Below are positions 24,754 to 32,000 of a DNA stretch of 32,000 nucleotides, in pieces. The notes below the pieces were generated by a model, which did not search any database, was not told where the DNA came from, and saw nothing but the letters and a program-made list of their open reading frames with translations. The DNA comes from Candidatus Electrothrix sp. GW3-4. GTDB lineage: Bacteria; Desulfobacterota; Desulfobulbia; Desulfobulbales; Desulfobulbaceae. The position numbers and the translations under genes are program-made. Numbering within the stretch: position 1 is the stretch's first letter; every line of letters begins with the position of its first letter. The DNA is taken from assembly GCF_037902255.1 (NCBI RefSeq), contig NZ_CP147990.1, positions 2,370,001 through 2,402,000 of the forward strand, read 5' to 3'.

Positions 24754-25564
24754 TCATGCTCTCAATCCTGCCGGAGATATTGGTGTTATTTTTCAGGCGC
24801 CCGGCAAATCGGTAGCCAGTCCGGGCAAAGGTGATGTTCATGGCTGGCGAGGCAGCACGGGCAATGGTATAGGCGGTATGGATCTGTTCCTTCTCCATGG
24901 CCCTTTCCATCTGCTGGAGAAGATGGAAAGAGAGATTATGGCCTGCCTGCTCCGGCAGGGTGGCAAAGTCTGTCATCTCCACATTGGCGGCCTCCCTGTC
25001 CATCTCTGCCGAGGCCAGGGCCGCGAGCTTGCCCTCGTTTTCCACGCCGAAATAGGCGACATGGCTCTGCATAGTCTCCAGCAGATACCCGGCCTCATGG
25101 ATGGGAAAGGGGTAGGAGGCAAAGGTCTGGTGATAGATGGCCGCCATTTCCTGGATATCCTCCTCGTGACATGGACGAAGCTGAAAACGGGCAGCAGGAG
25201 ACGACACCGCTGTTCCCTGCTTGTTGTGGGCAATATGCAGGATATCTTCCAGACGCGCAACATCCTCTTCCTGCTTACGGGCGTTCTGCAAATAATAGCC
25301 CATGAACAGAGCCCCTGTTCGGCCGGAAAAGAAACCGGGGATTTCCGCCTCCGTTGCAAAACCTGCCTGCAAAAAATCACTGGAAACATCTTCAGAAACC
25401 TTAGCAAAAATCTTGGAATAGCCCTTTCTTTCTGCCAGACTGATCAGCTGCTGGGGGAAATCGGCCGAGGGCTGGTCAGCAAGCCGCATAAGATAAATGC
25501 GATCATTATACGGCCCGTGCTGGATGGTGCTCCCCTGATACTCCTCAATCTTATCCTTCAACAT
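24728..25564 (-). CDS. ablB: GNAT acetyltransferase, putative beta-lysine N6-acetyltransferase
   Basis: The N-terminus ...[18 protein letters not shown] and a C-terminal GNAT core. ATG 25564 overlaps the 3' end of the lysine 2,3-aminomutase gene by 14 nt, the classic ablA-ablB arrangement. Confidence 0.7.
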   Translation of the reverse strand: MLKDKIEEYQGSTIQHGPYNDRIYLMRLADQPSADFPQQLISLAERKGYSKIFAKVSEDVSSDFLQAGFATEAEIPGFFSGRTGALFMGYYLQNARKQEEDVARLEDILHIAHNKQGTAVSSPAARFQLRPCHEEDIQEMAAIYHQTFASYPFPIHEAGYLLETMQSHVAYFGVENEGKLAALASAEMDREAANVEMTDFATLPEQAGHNLSFHLLQQMERAMEKEQIHTAYTIARAASPAMNITFARTGYRFAGRLKNNTNISGRIESMNVWYKTLC

Positions 25565-26867
25565 GCTCCCTCTTCTCCATCCGCTCATTATCCTGCGGTA
25601 CCAGGGAAAGGGCATCATTATAATCTGCCAGTAGTTTTTTCACGCCCACTGCCTGATACTCTGTGGCCCCATCCAGGGAAAGCTGAAGCTCACATTTATC
25701 GCATTTGCGGTCGCAGAAAACCGGTTCGTAGGAATCCGGTTCCTTATAGGTGGTGATCACGCCCTCGTAATTGCGCAACACAACCTTATTGGTCGACCAG
25801 GAGATAAGGTAATTGGGCATGATGGGAATCTTCCCCCCACCCCCAGGCGCATCAATGACATAAGTGGGCACACTAAAGCCGCTGGTATGGCCAATCAGGC
25901 TTTCGATGATCTCAATCCCCTTACCCACCGGGGTACGGAAATGGGTTAACCCCTCCGAGAGATCGCATTGGTAGAGATAATAGGGGCGAACCCGATTGGT
26001 CACCAGTTTATGGACCAGGGTCCGCATAATCCTGGGACAATCATTAACCCCGGACAGAAGCACGGACTGGTTACCCAAAGGAATACCTGCATCAGCGAGC
26101 TTGGCCAAGGCTATCCGGGCAGATTCGGTCAATTCCCTGGGATGATTAAAATGGGTATTGATCCACACCGGATGATGTTTTTTCAGCATATTGACCAACT
26201 CATCCGTGATCCGATAGGGCAGGACCACCGGGGTCCGAGTGCCAATCCGCACTACTTCCACATGCTCTATTTTGCCCAGCTCAGTAAGGATATAATCCAG
26301 ATACTCATCCGGCAACAGGAAGGGGTCGCCGCCACTCAGCAGGACATCACGAATCATGGGGGTGTTGCGGATATAATCCAGCCCCTGCTCAATGGCCTTT
26401 TTTGACGGGATATTATCCACATCACCGACCTTCCGTTTTCTGGTGCAATGGCGACAGTACATGGCGCAGACATTGCTTACCAGAAAGAGCACCCGATCGG
26501 GATAACGATGGGTGATGCCCGGCACCGGGCTGTCTTTATCCTCGTGCAGAGGATCAGCCATATCTTCATTTGACCTGTCCAGTTCCCGGATGGAGGGGAC
26601 TGCCTGCATAAACACAGGGTCGTTCTCGAAATTCTCTGTGTCAATCAGAGAAAGATAATACGGGGTAATGGAGAGGGGAAATTTTTCAATGGTCTGTTGA
26701 ATATGCTTTCTCTTTTCTTCTCCAAGGTCAAGATCCAGAAAATCTTCCAGCTGATGTAGCGAACGGATACGATTTTTCACCTGCCATTTCCAGTCTTTCC
26801 AAAGTTTTTTGGAAACATCGGCGTCTATCCGCTCTGCGATTTCCTGCTGGTTTTCTGTATAAATCAT
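25551..26867 (-). CDS. ablA: Lysine 2,3-aminomutase (radical SAM, PLP-dependent)
   Basis: [12 protein letters not shown] cluster motif, the KamA-family N-terminus (WKDWKWQ..NRI) and a C-terminal Zn Cys cluster (CDRKCDKC). SD AGGAG. Confidence 0.9.
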   Translation of the reverse strand: MIYTENQQEIAERIDADVSKKLWKDWKWQVKNRIRSLHQLEDFLDLDLGEEKRKHIQQTIEKFPLSITPYYLSLIDTENFENDPVFMQAVPSIRELDRSNEDMADPLHEDKDSPVPGITHRYPDRVLFLVSNVCAMYCRHCTRKRKVGDVDNIPSKKAIEQGLDYIRNTPMIRDVLLSGGDPFLLPDEYLDYILTELGKIEHVEVVRIGTRTPVVLPYRITDELVNMLKKHHPVWINTHFNHPRELTESARIALAKLADAGIPLGNQSVLLSGVNDCPRIMRTLVHKLVTNRVRPYYLYQCDLSEGLTHFRTPVGKGIEIIESLIGHTSGFSVPTYVIDAPGGGGKIPIMPNYLISWSTNKVVLRNYEGVITTYKEPDSYEPVFCDRKCDKCELQLSLDGATEYQAVGVKKLLADYNDALSLVPQDNERMEKREHVEG

Positions 26868-26956
26868 TACACTCCTTTTGGTTAAATAAGGGATAAGCGA
26901 GGAGCCACCGGATACCTTCCCGGCTCGCTGCCCGCCGTTTCAATGGGCTCTGCTTG

Positions 26957-28072
26957 TTAAGCGAAGTATTTTGCCCGCAGTCTTGCTGAGACATCCTTGG
27001 TGAGCTGCAAGACCTTTTCTGCCTGCTCTAAACGCAACGAACCTGTACCGCAGCTGGGGGTGATCAGCATTTGTCGGAGCAGGTCTGTCTGATCGCGGTG
27101 AGGACGAACAAGTTTCTTTACCTGTTGCTCCCACAGTATGGCCAGGGACGCGGCACTCTCTTTTTCGATATCAGAGGGCTTACCGGTCGGGACCCCGCCC
27201 CAGGCAAGGATACCGCCCTGATCGAGATACGTCTGTGTTTGCTCGACCTGGGCTGCCAGTTTGTCAAAAAAACTGTAAGCATCAAAACTCAAAATGTCAA
27301 TTTCCGACTCTAAAAGGATTTCCCACTCCGTATTAGCGCAGACATGGATTCCGGCCAGTCCGCCAGCCTGATGGATTGCCTCTGCCACCTCATTGATCAT
27401 CTCCTGAATCTCTGCATTACTCACCGAGATAAAGGCGGATGATCCCAAGCCAGCCAAGGCAGGCTCATCAATGAAGAGAATGACCGGAGCATTATTGCAG
27501 CAGGCCAGGAATCGGGTCTGCCAGGCAGCCTTCATAGCAATCCCCTTGATAACCATCTCCCGGATGGTATCATCGTAATACCCTGCCCTTCCCTGGACAT
27601 CCTTAATCCCGGTCAGCATAGTAAAAGGGCCAGTGACCTGCCCTTTAAGAGCTGCAAGGCGGTCGCTATGCTGCTGTCCGCGCTGCATAGCCTCCGCAAA
27701 ACTATATAAGCCCTCTGCCCGCTCCCGGCTGACCCGGAAACGAGCCCCTGCCGGTGCTTCTGGATTTTCCAGTACCGCCATATAGTCCTCGTAAAAGGCA
27801 AGCATCTGCGCCTCAAAATCTGCGCCACTGGTGTCGTAGAGAATACGACCTTCCGGGTCGCGCAGATTTTCTTCCCGGACGCAGGGGATGCCCTCGGCAA
27901 ATTGAGGCATCATGCCCTCCAAAGGATCGCCGGGCAGTTGGGGCCAGAGCGGGATCTCCGGGGTGGCGCTGAAGATACGTTCAAGGGCTTCCTTATGATC
28001 GCTCAGAGGCAGAGAGCCGATGAGGACCGGGAGGCCGTTGGGGATGAATTTATTTGGAATAGGTGTTGTCAT
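26957..28072 (-). CDS. MetE-like (cobalamin-independent methionine synthase C-terminal domain family) Zn-dependent methyltransferase
   Basis: A 371-aa single-domain protein with putative Zn ligands in GIHVCAN (HxC) and ITPSCGTG (Cys). SD GAGG. Family-level call only. Confidence 0.65.
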   Translation of the reverse strand: MTTPIPNKFIPNGLPVLIGSLPLSDHKEALERIFSATPEIPLWPQLPGDPLEGMMPQFAEGIPCVREENLRDPEGRILYDTSGADFEAQMLAFYEDYMAVLENPEAPAGARFRVSRERAEGLYSFAEAMQRGQQHSDRLAALKGQVTGPFTMLTGIKDVQGRAGYYDDTIREMVIKGIAMKAAWQTRFLACCNNAPVILFIDEPALAGLGSSAFISVSNAEIQEMINEVAEAIHQAGGLAGIHVCANTEWEILLESEIDILSFDAYSFFDKLAAQVEQTQTYLDQGGILAWGGVPTGKPSDIEKESAASLAILWEQQVKKLVRPHRDQTDLLRQMLITPSCGTGSLRLEQAEKVLQLTKDVSARLRAKYFA

Positions 28073-28093
28073 GTTTGTGCCTCGAAATATGAC

Positions 28094-28109
28094 TGCGATA
28101 ATTATCGCA
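28094..28109 (-). promoter_or_regulatory. Perfect 16-bp palindrome containing an extended -10-like element, upstream of the MetE-like gene
   Basis: TGCGATAATTATCGCA (TGnGATAAT on either strand), 22-37 nt upstream of ATG 28072. Confidence 0.35.
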
Positions 28110-28145
28110 TTTTTTATCTCGTTAATACATATTGATACTTTTCAA

Positions 28146-28167
28146 AAAACCTGTTTAAAACCTGTTT
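28146..28167 (-). promoter_or_regulatory. Tandem 11-bp direct repeat (candidate regulator-binding site)
   Basis: AAAACCTGTTT occurs twice head-to-tail, about 75-95 nt upstream of the MetE-like start. Confidence 0.3.
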
Positions 28168-28240
28168 TCAGCAAATTGGGCAACGCATATGTACACAGTT
28201 GCTGCGGCCGGACGAGCTCCCCGGCTTGGAAGGGCTCTTC

Positions 28241-29929
28241 TTAAAGCATTTTTCGTGCCGCCTCGAAACTGTCCTCAAGAGACCTCGCAAACGCCACCTT
28301 CCCCCTTCTCTTTCGTATCCCGGCGCGTCTGAGCTTCAGTATCATGCGGGGTTGCAGGTTATTTATAATTAACCCTATATTTCTCGTAGATAAATCATTT
28401 GCTATCGATTCCATAGCAATAATGGCACTCATGTCAAGCATGGTGACTTCCGACATATCCAGGATGACGACCCGCACATCAGGATGCACTGTGGAAATCG
28501 TTTTCAGGGCCTTCTGGGCAGAACCAAAAAACAACGGGCCATTGACATCATAAACCACAGTATAATCAGGAAGATTATAATCAGCATGGCTGCTTTCAAT
28601 CGTCGAGGTATGGGTCAGACTGATCGTCCTGCGAATAAATAAGACTGCGGCCAAGCCCATGCCCACAGCCACGGCAACAGTCATATCAAAGAGGACGGTC
28701 AAGAGAAAACAGATAATGAGAACAAAGACATCCTCTCTGGGCGCTATTTTGACCGTACGCATAAAATGCCTGGCCTCACTCATGTTCCAGGCAACCATAA
28801 GCAGCAAGGCGGCCATGGAAGACATGGGGATGTAGGAGAGCAAAGGGGCAAGGAGCAGGATCCCGATCAAAATAAAGACCCCATGGATAAGCGAGGAGAG
28901 GGGCATAGTGCCACCTGCTTTAACATTTGCTGCTGTACGGGCGATTGCAGCGGTCGCCGGGATTCCCCCAAAGAGCGGCACAAGCACATTGCCGATCCCC
29001 TGGCCAATGAGCTCATCATTGGGATTATGCTTTTTACCGGACATCCCATCGGCAACCACAGCACAGAGCAGGGATTCCAAAGCGCCCAAAATAGCGATCG
29101 TAATTGCTGAGGGGAAAAGTAACCTGACAAGCGCGAAATTCAAACCAATCGGATTCCCATCGGCACCTGGGAGATTCCAGGGCCATGCAAAGGAAGGCAA
29201 GATGGGAGGTATTCCGTTCCCTACTATTCCGTTGATTTCAAATTGGAAACGAGTACCAATGGTCGCAACAGAGAAGTTTGAAAAAAAACGGCTGGCCAAC
29301 CAGGCCACCAAGCTCCCGAATAAGAGGGCAACGAGATGACTCGGGACCTTTGAGCGGAATCGCGGCCAAACAAGTAAGACTGCCAACGTCAGAACACCAA
29401 TAAGCGTCTCCTGCCAGTTTATCGATGGCAATGCCAACAGAAGAGCGGACAGCTTATCCAGATAATGGCCCCCCATGCCCTCTATATCCAGTCCTAAAAA
29501 ATCTTTTATCTGAAAGGTACCGATCACCACACCAATGCCCGCAGTAAAGCCGACGGTTACCGGATAAGGGACAATCTCAATCAACCTGCCAAGCTTACCG
29601 ATACCCATCAAAATCAGGATCAGACCTGCCATCATACCACTGACAAGCAAGCCCCCAAGACCAAACTTATGAACAATGGGCAGCAGAATAACCACAAAGG
29701 CCGCAGTCGGCCCGGAGATGTTCACCTTGGAACCGCCAGTAAGCGCAATAACAAGACCGGCAACCATGGCTGTGTACAGACCATGCTGGGGCGGAACACC
29801 GCTGGCAATAGCCAAGGCCATTGAAAGCGGTAGCGCAATAACGCCGACCGTCAGGCCTGCCAGCACATTGGCCTGGATATCCAGGTACGAGGGCTTGCTT
29901 TTTAATGATTTTCTCAATGCGGATAACAT
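28241..29929 (-). CDS. SulP-family anion transporter with C-terminal STAS domain
   Basis: The SulP N-terminus (D..AG.TVG...LP..MA.A..AG.PP..GLY), many TM segments and a C-terminal STAS region (VVILDMS.V..LD.S). SD GGGAGA. Confidence 0.9.
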   Translation of the reverse strand: MLSALRKSLKSKPSYLDIQANVLAGLTVGVIALPLSMALAIASGVPPQHGLYTAMVAGLVIALTGGSKVNISGPTAAFVVILLPIVHKFGLGGLLVSGMMAGLILILMGIGKLGRLIEIVPYPVTVGFTAGIGVVIGTFQIKDFLGLDIEGMGGHYLDKLSALLLALPSINWQETLIGVLTLAVLLVWPRFRSKVPSHLVALLFGSLVAWLASRFFSNFSVATIGTRFQFEINGIVGNGIPPILPSFAWPWNLPGADGNPIGLNFALVRLLFPSAITIAILGALESLLCAVVADGMSGKKHNPNDELIGQGIGNVLVPLFGGIPATAAIARTAANVKAGGTMPLSSLIHGVFILIGILLLAPLLSYIPMSSMAALLLMVAWNMSEARHFMRTVKIAPREDVFVLIICFLLTVLFDMTVAVAVGMGLAAVLFIRRTISLTHTSTIESSHADYNLPDYTVVYDVNGPLFFGSAQKALKTISTVHPDVRVVILDMSEVTMLDMSAIIAMESIANDLSTRNIGLIINNLQPRMILKLRRAGIRKRRGKVAFARSLEDSFEAARKML

Positions 29930-29937
29930 ATTCTCCC

Positions 29938-30372
29938 TTAACCTCTCGGATGGTTGTCAGCCTTTTTTTTCCTCTGGAGACAGGTCTGCACCAGCCCTGT
30001 TATCAGTAAGGTCAGGTTCACCCCAAAGGCAAAGCCAGTACAGGTGGTCTTGGTCAAAATCCGGGCCTTCACCAAGGGCCAGTTATTTATCCGAACCGTA
30101 ACGTCCTTGGAAGCAACAGGGTACGGCACCAATTCTCCATCCGCAGCAAAAAACGTTTTCCCGGCCAGATGCTCCTGAAGGGACTTTTCCCCGATAAAAA
30201 TCTGAAAGGTATTCCCGGTTTCTTTAAGGGACAGCGGCATCTCCGTATGGGTCCAGTAGATTCCTTTTTCCCCGGAGAAAACCTGCATGAGATCTGCAAC
30301 AAGGCTGCTTCCCAGGGTAAGAACACCTATCATGCCGATAAGTAACAAGACGTTAGTTGATTTCTGGGTCAT
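29938..30372 (-). CDS. Membrane protein (N- and C-terminal TM helices; hypothetical)
   Basis: A 144-aa ORF whose stop lies 8 nt before the SulP start. Confidence 0.55.
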   Translation of the reverse strand: MTQKSTNVLLLIGMIGVLTLGSSLVADLMQVFSGEKGIYWTHTEMPLSLKETGNTFQIFIGEKSLQEHLAGKTFFAADGELVPYPVASKDVTVRINNWPLVKARILTKTTCTGFAFGVNLTLLITGLVQTCLQRKKKADNHPRG

Positions 30373-30385
30373 TCTTCTGTACCTG

Positions 30386-30829
30386 TTATCTCTCAGTCGG
30401 AGTGGATATTTGCCTGATCATCTCCGGGGTGATTTCTTTCAACCCGGTCAAAGACTCAAGCACTCCCTCCATTTTTCTGACATTTCTTTTTATTATCTCC
30501 GTAATATCATCACCAAATTCTGCCTGCACAGACTCTGCTGCCGACAAGATAATCATACTGTTCATTAAATCGCGCAATAACTGATTTACCGCTCGCATAG
30601 TAGCGTTATATGTAGCGACTTTCTCCTGTTCTTTTTTATTGTTGATCCTGATAACTATATAATCTATCACCAGACCCGTTAGGATAAAAAATACGAAGGG
30701 AACGCATTTGTCCAGCACCTTGCTGTGCAAGGTATAAATAAACTGAATAAAGCTGAAATCAAGGGCAACCTCACCTACAACTGTCACACAGGATAAGGCA
30801 AAAAACAGAAGAGTAAATCTGAATTTCAT
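30386..30829 (-). CDS. Membrane protein (two TM segments plus a helical cytoplasmic tail; hypothetical)
   Basis: An ORF with ATG at 30829 (the TTG at 30844 is an alternative), 13 nt upstream of the next gene, in low-GC sequence. Confidence 0.55.
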   Translation of the reverse strand: MKFRFTLLFFALSCVTVVGEVALDFSFIQFIYTLHSKVLDKCVPFVFFILTGLVIDYIVIRINNKKEQEKVATYNATMRAVNQLLRDLMNSMIILSAAESVQAEFGDDITEIIKRNVRKMEGVLESLTGLKEITPEMIRQISTPTER

Positions 30830-30877
30830 TTTTTTTCGCACCAAAGATCATTGATTTTCCGACTTGTCAGAATGAGA

Positions 30878-31489
30878 TCAACCAAGCCGTGCATTATAGA
30901 CAAGGCCGCCGCTGGCAGAGAATTCTTTGAACACCTCAACCGCTTCTTGTTGCAGAATATTTTCCTGTAACCCTATGTCACGTTGCGCCAGTTCAGATCG
31001 CCAAGCAGGATGGAGTGGCCCTTCATCAAAACCGGTAATTGCTTCCTGCTCCGGCCCGGCGCCAGCAATCATCAAAGAACGAACCCCTGACCAAAGGACA
31101 GCGCCAAAACACATACTGCAAGGTCGCCAGTTCACGACAAGCTGATAGGCCGGAAGCCCTGCTGCACCGAGGTCATAAAGACCCAGTTGCTTCTGGGCCA
31201 GGGAAAGTGCTGTTATTTCTGCATGCGCTGAAGAACAGGTGCAGGGCAAGACACGATTGACACCAATCACCACCAACCTGCCGGAATCCCGCTCAAAGAC
31301 CCCGGCAGCAAAGGGTCCACCCGTCTTGTGTCGGAAATTCATCCGGGCAAATGTGAGCACCGCGCTCATCCGCTCTTCAGCGCTCGCCAGGTATTCCGGC
31401 AAGTCATTGAGAGCGGCAATGGCCCAGGCAGGCAGATCAAGAATAACAGAGGTATTTTCCTTGCAAAAACGTTGTTCATTCCCCATCAT
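30878..31489 (-). CDS. CDA-fold nucleoside/nucleobase deaminase (guanine deaminase GuaD-like)
   Basis: GGPFAAGVF..., the zinc motifs SAHAE and PCSMCFGAVLWSG, and GFDEGP. Confidence 0.8.
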   Translation of the reverse strand: MMGNEQRFCKENTSVILDLPAWAIAALNDLPEYLASAEERMSAVLTFARMNFRHKTGGPFAAGVFERDSGRLVVIGVNRVLPCTCSSAHAEITALSLAQKQLGLYDLGAAGLPAYQLVVNWRPCSMCFGAVLWSGVRSLMIAGAGPEQEAITGFDEGPLHPAWRSELAQRDIGLQENILQQEAVEVFKEFSASGGLVYNARLG

Positions 31490-31956
31490 CTTCCCTTTCC
31501 TGAATCATCGTCTCTCTCACGATCTTTAATAATCACAAAGGCCTTACCCAGCTTAGGCGAAACAGACCATTTCTTTCCTGTCGTCCCCAAGGGAGCGATG
31601 AGGTCCTCCTTATGAAAAACTCCAGCCTCAAGAAGGATCTGGAGCAGCTGTCCCTGCTGGTCGCCCGTGTTAATACAGCCGTGAGTGGGATGAAATAAAG
31701 AACCGCTCCGGTCGGATTGCAGGCTCGGGTTCTGTTGTGCTTCAAAATCACCGGGTGCAATACGCAGGGCAATACGACCGAGACTATAGGCCAGTGGCCA
31801 TTCATTGATCCAGTAATCATCCAGGGCCTCTGCCGGGACAATCCGGGAGAGGAGAAAGGAGTTGAGAGGATACGGCTGCGCGTTTATCGGTGGCAAGGCC
31901 GCATCAAGATCAATCCGGGCCGTCTGGAACCAGGAAGAATCACCCCCGCCGATCAT
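31486..31956 (-). CDS. Hypothetical protein with an L,D-transpeptidase-like (YkuD/DUF2778-type) catalytic motif
   Basis: A 156-aa ORF bounded by an upstream in-frame stop at 31990-31992. The motif FHPTHGCINTGDQQGQLLQIL resembles (S/T)HGC(I/V)... of the YkuD fold. It overlaps the deaminase start by 4 nt. Confidence 0.4.
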   Translation of the reverse strand: MIGGGDSSWFQTARIDLDAALPPINAQPYPLNSFLLSRIVPAEALDDYWINEWPLAYSLGRIALRIAPGDFEAQQNPSLQSDRSGSLFHPTHGCINTGDQQGQLLQILLEAGVFHKEDLIAPLGTTGKKWSVSPKLGKAFVIIKDRERDDDSGKGR

Positions 31957-32000
31957 GGTTCCCCAGATTGTGTAGATACCCTGGGGCGTATCATGGTTGA

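Noticed and set aside
24698-25756. 352-aa plus-strand ORF
   Set aside because: It is antisense to ablB and to the 3' end of ablA, both supported by motifs. Its sequence is Gly/Leu/His-rich and low in complexity.
1-32000. CRISPR arrays, tRNA/rRNA genes, IS elements and integrases
   Set aside because: I scanned the intergenic gaps (2119-2451, 4729-4865, 10340-10651, 18331-18792, 21572-21755, 24021-24159 and 28073-28240). There is no repeat-spacer periodicity, no cloverleaf-compatible sequence with a GTTCRANNC T-loop, and no transposase- or recombinase-like ORF.

Overview
The window is a gene-dense bacterial chromosomal segment of about 52% GC with lower-GC accessory patches. It has roughly 36 protein-coding genes and no rRNA, tRNA, CRISPR array, or intact transposase or integrase. 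Selenocysteine use, the gene content and GC-rich hairpin repeats suggest a Desulfobacterota-like anaerobe, but that is a low-confidence guess.

Gene content by region:
- 0.1-4.7 kb: a rhodanese/ferritin-like fusion gene interrupted by an in-frame TGA exactly at the rhodanese catalytic Cys position (a probable selenoprotein). It is followed by a GGGHAH-type FAD oxidoreductase, a hypothetical protein, a TPMT/TehB-like methyltransferase and a second hypothetical protein.
- 4.9-10.3 kb, minus strand: an SPL-family radical SAM enzyme, a nucleotide-sugar dehydrogenase, queE, queD and an adenosine-deaminase-family lipoprotein.
- 10.6-14.3 kb: a methyltransferase, a secreted peptidase-like protein, a SixA-like phosphatase and an MFS transporter.
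- 14.3-18.4 kb, accessory patch: an AAA-type ATPase whose first 166 bp are perfectly duplicated on either side of a higBA toxin-antitoxin cassette, an Rpn-like gene remnant, a GT2 glycosyltransferase and a vapBC-like pair.
- 18.8-22.4 kb: a mosaic surface protein (CBM5/12-like, then 38 collagen GXY triplets, then a FISUMP domain), a small membrane protein, a zinc-ribbon/TPR protein and a hypothetical protein.
- 22.5-28.1 kb: lysS with a poly-lysine tail, a membrane protein, ablB/ablA (beta-lysine pathway) and a MetE-like Zn methyltransferase.
- 28.2-32.0 kb: a five-gene minus-strand operon ending in a SulP/STAS anion transporter.

The most notable signals are:
- the Sec-recoded rhodanese with a SECIS-like hairpin;
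- the Campbell-like 898-bp higBA insertion bounded by 100%-identical 166-bp repeats;
- the collagen-like mosaic protein;
- the extended ablAB neighbourhood;
- a family of GC-rich hairpin repeats.

All homology statements come from motif recognition by eye. No database search was run.
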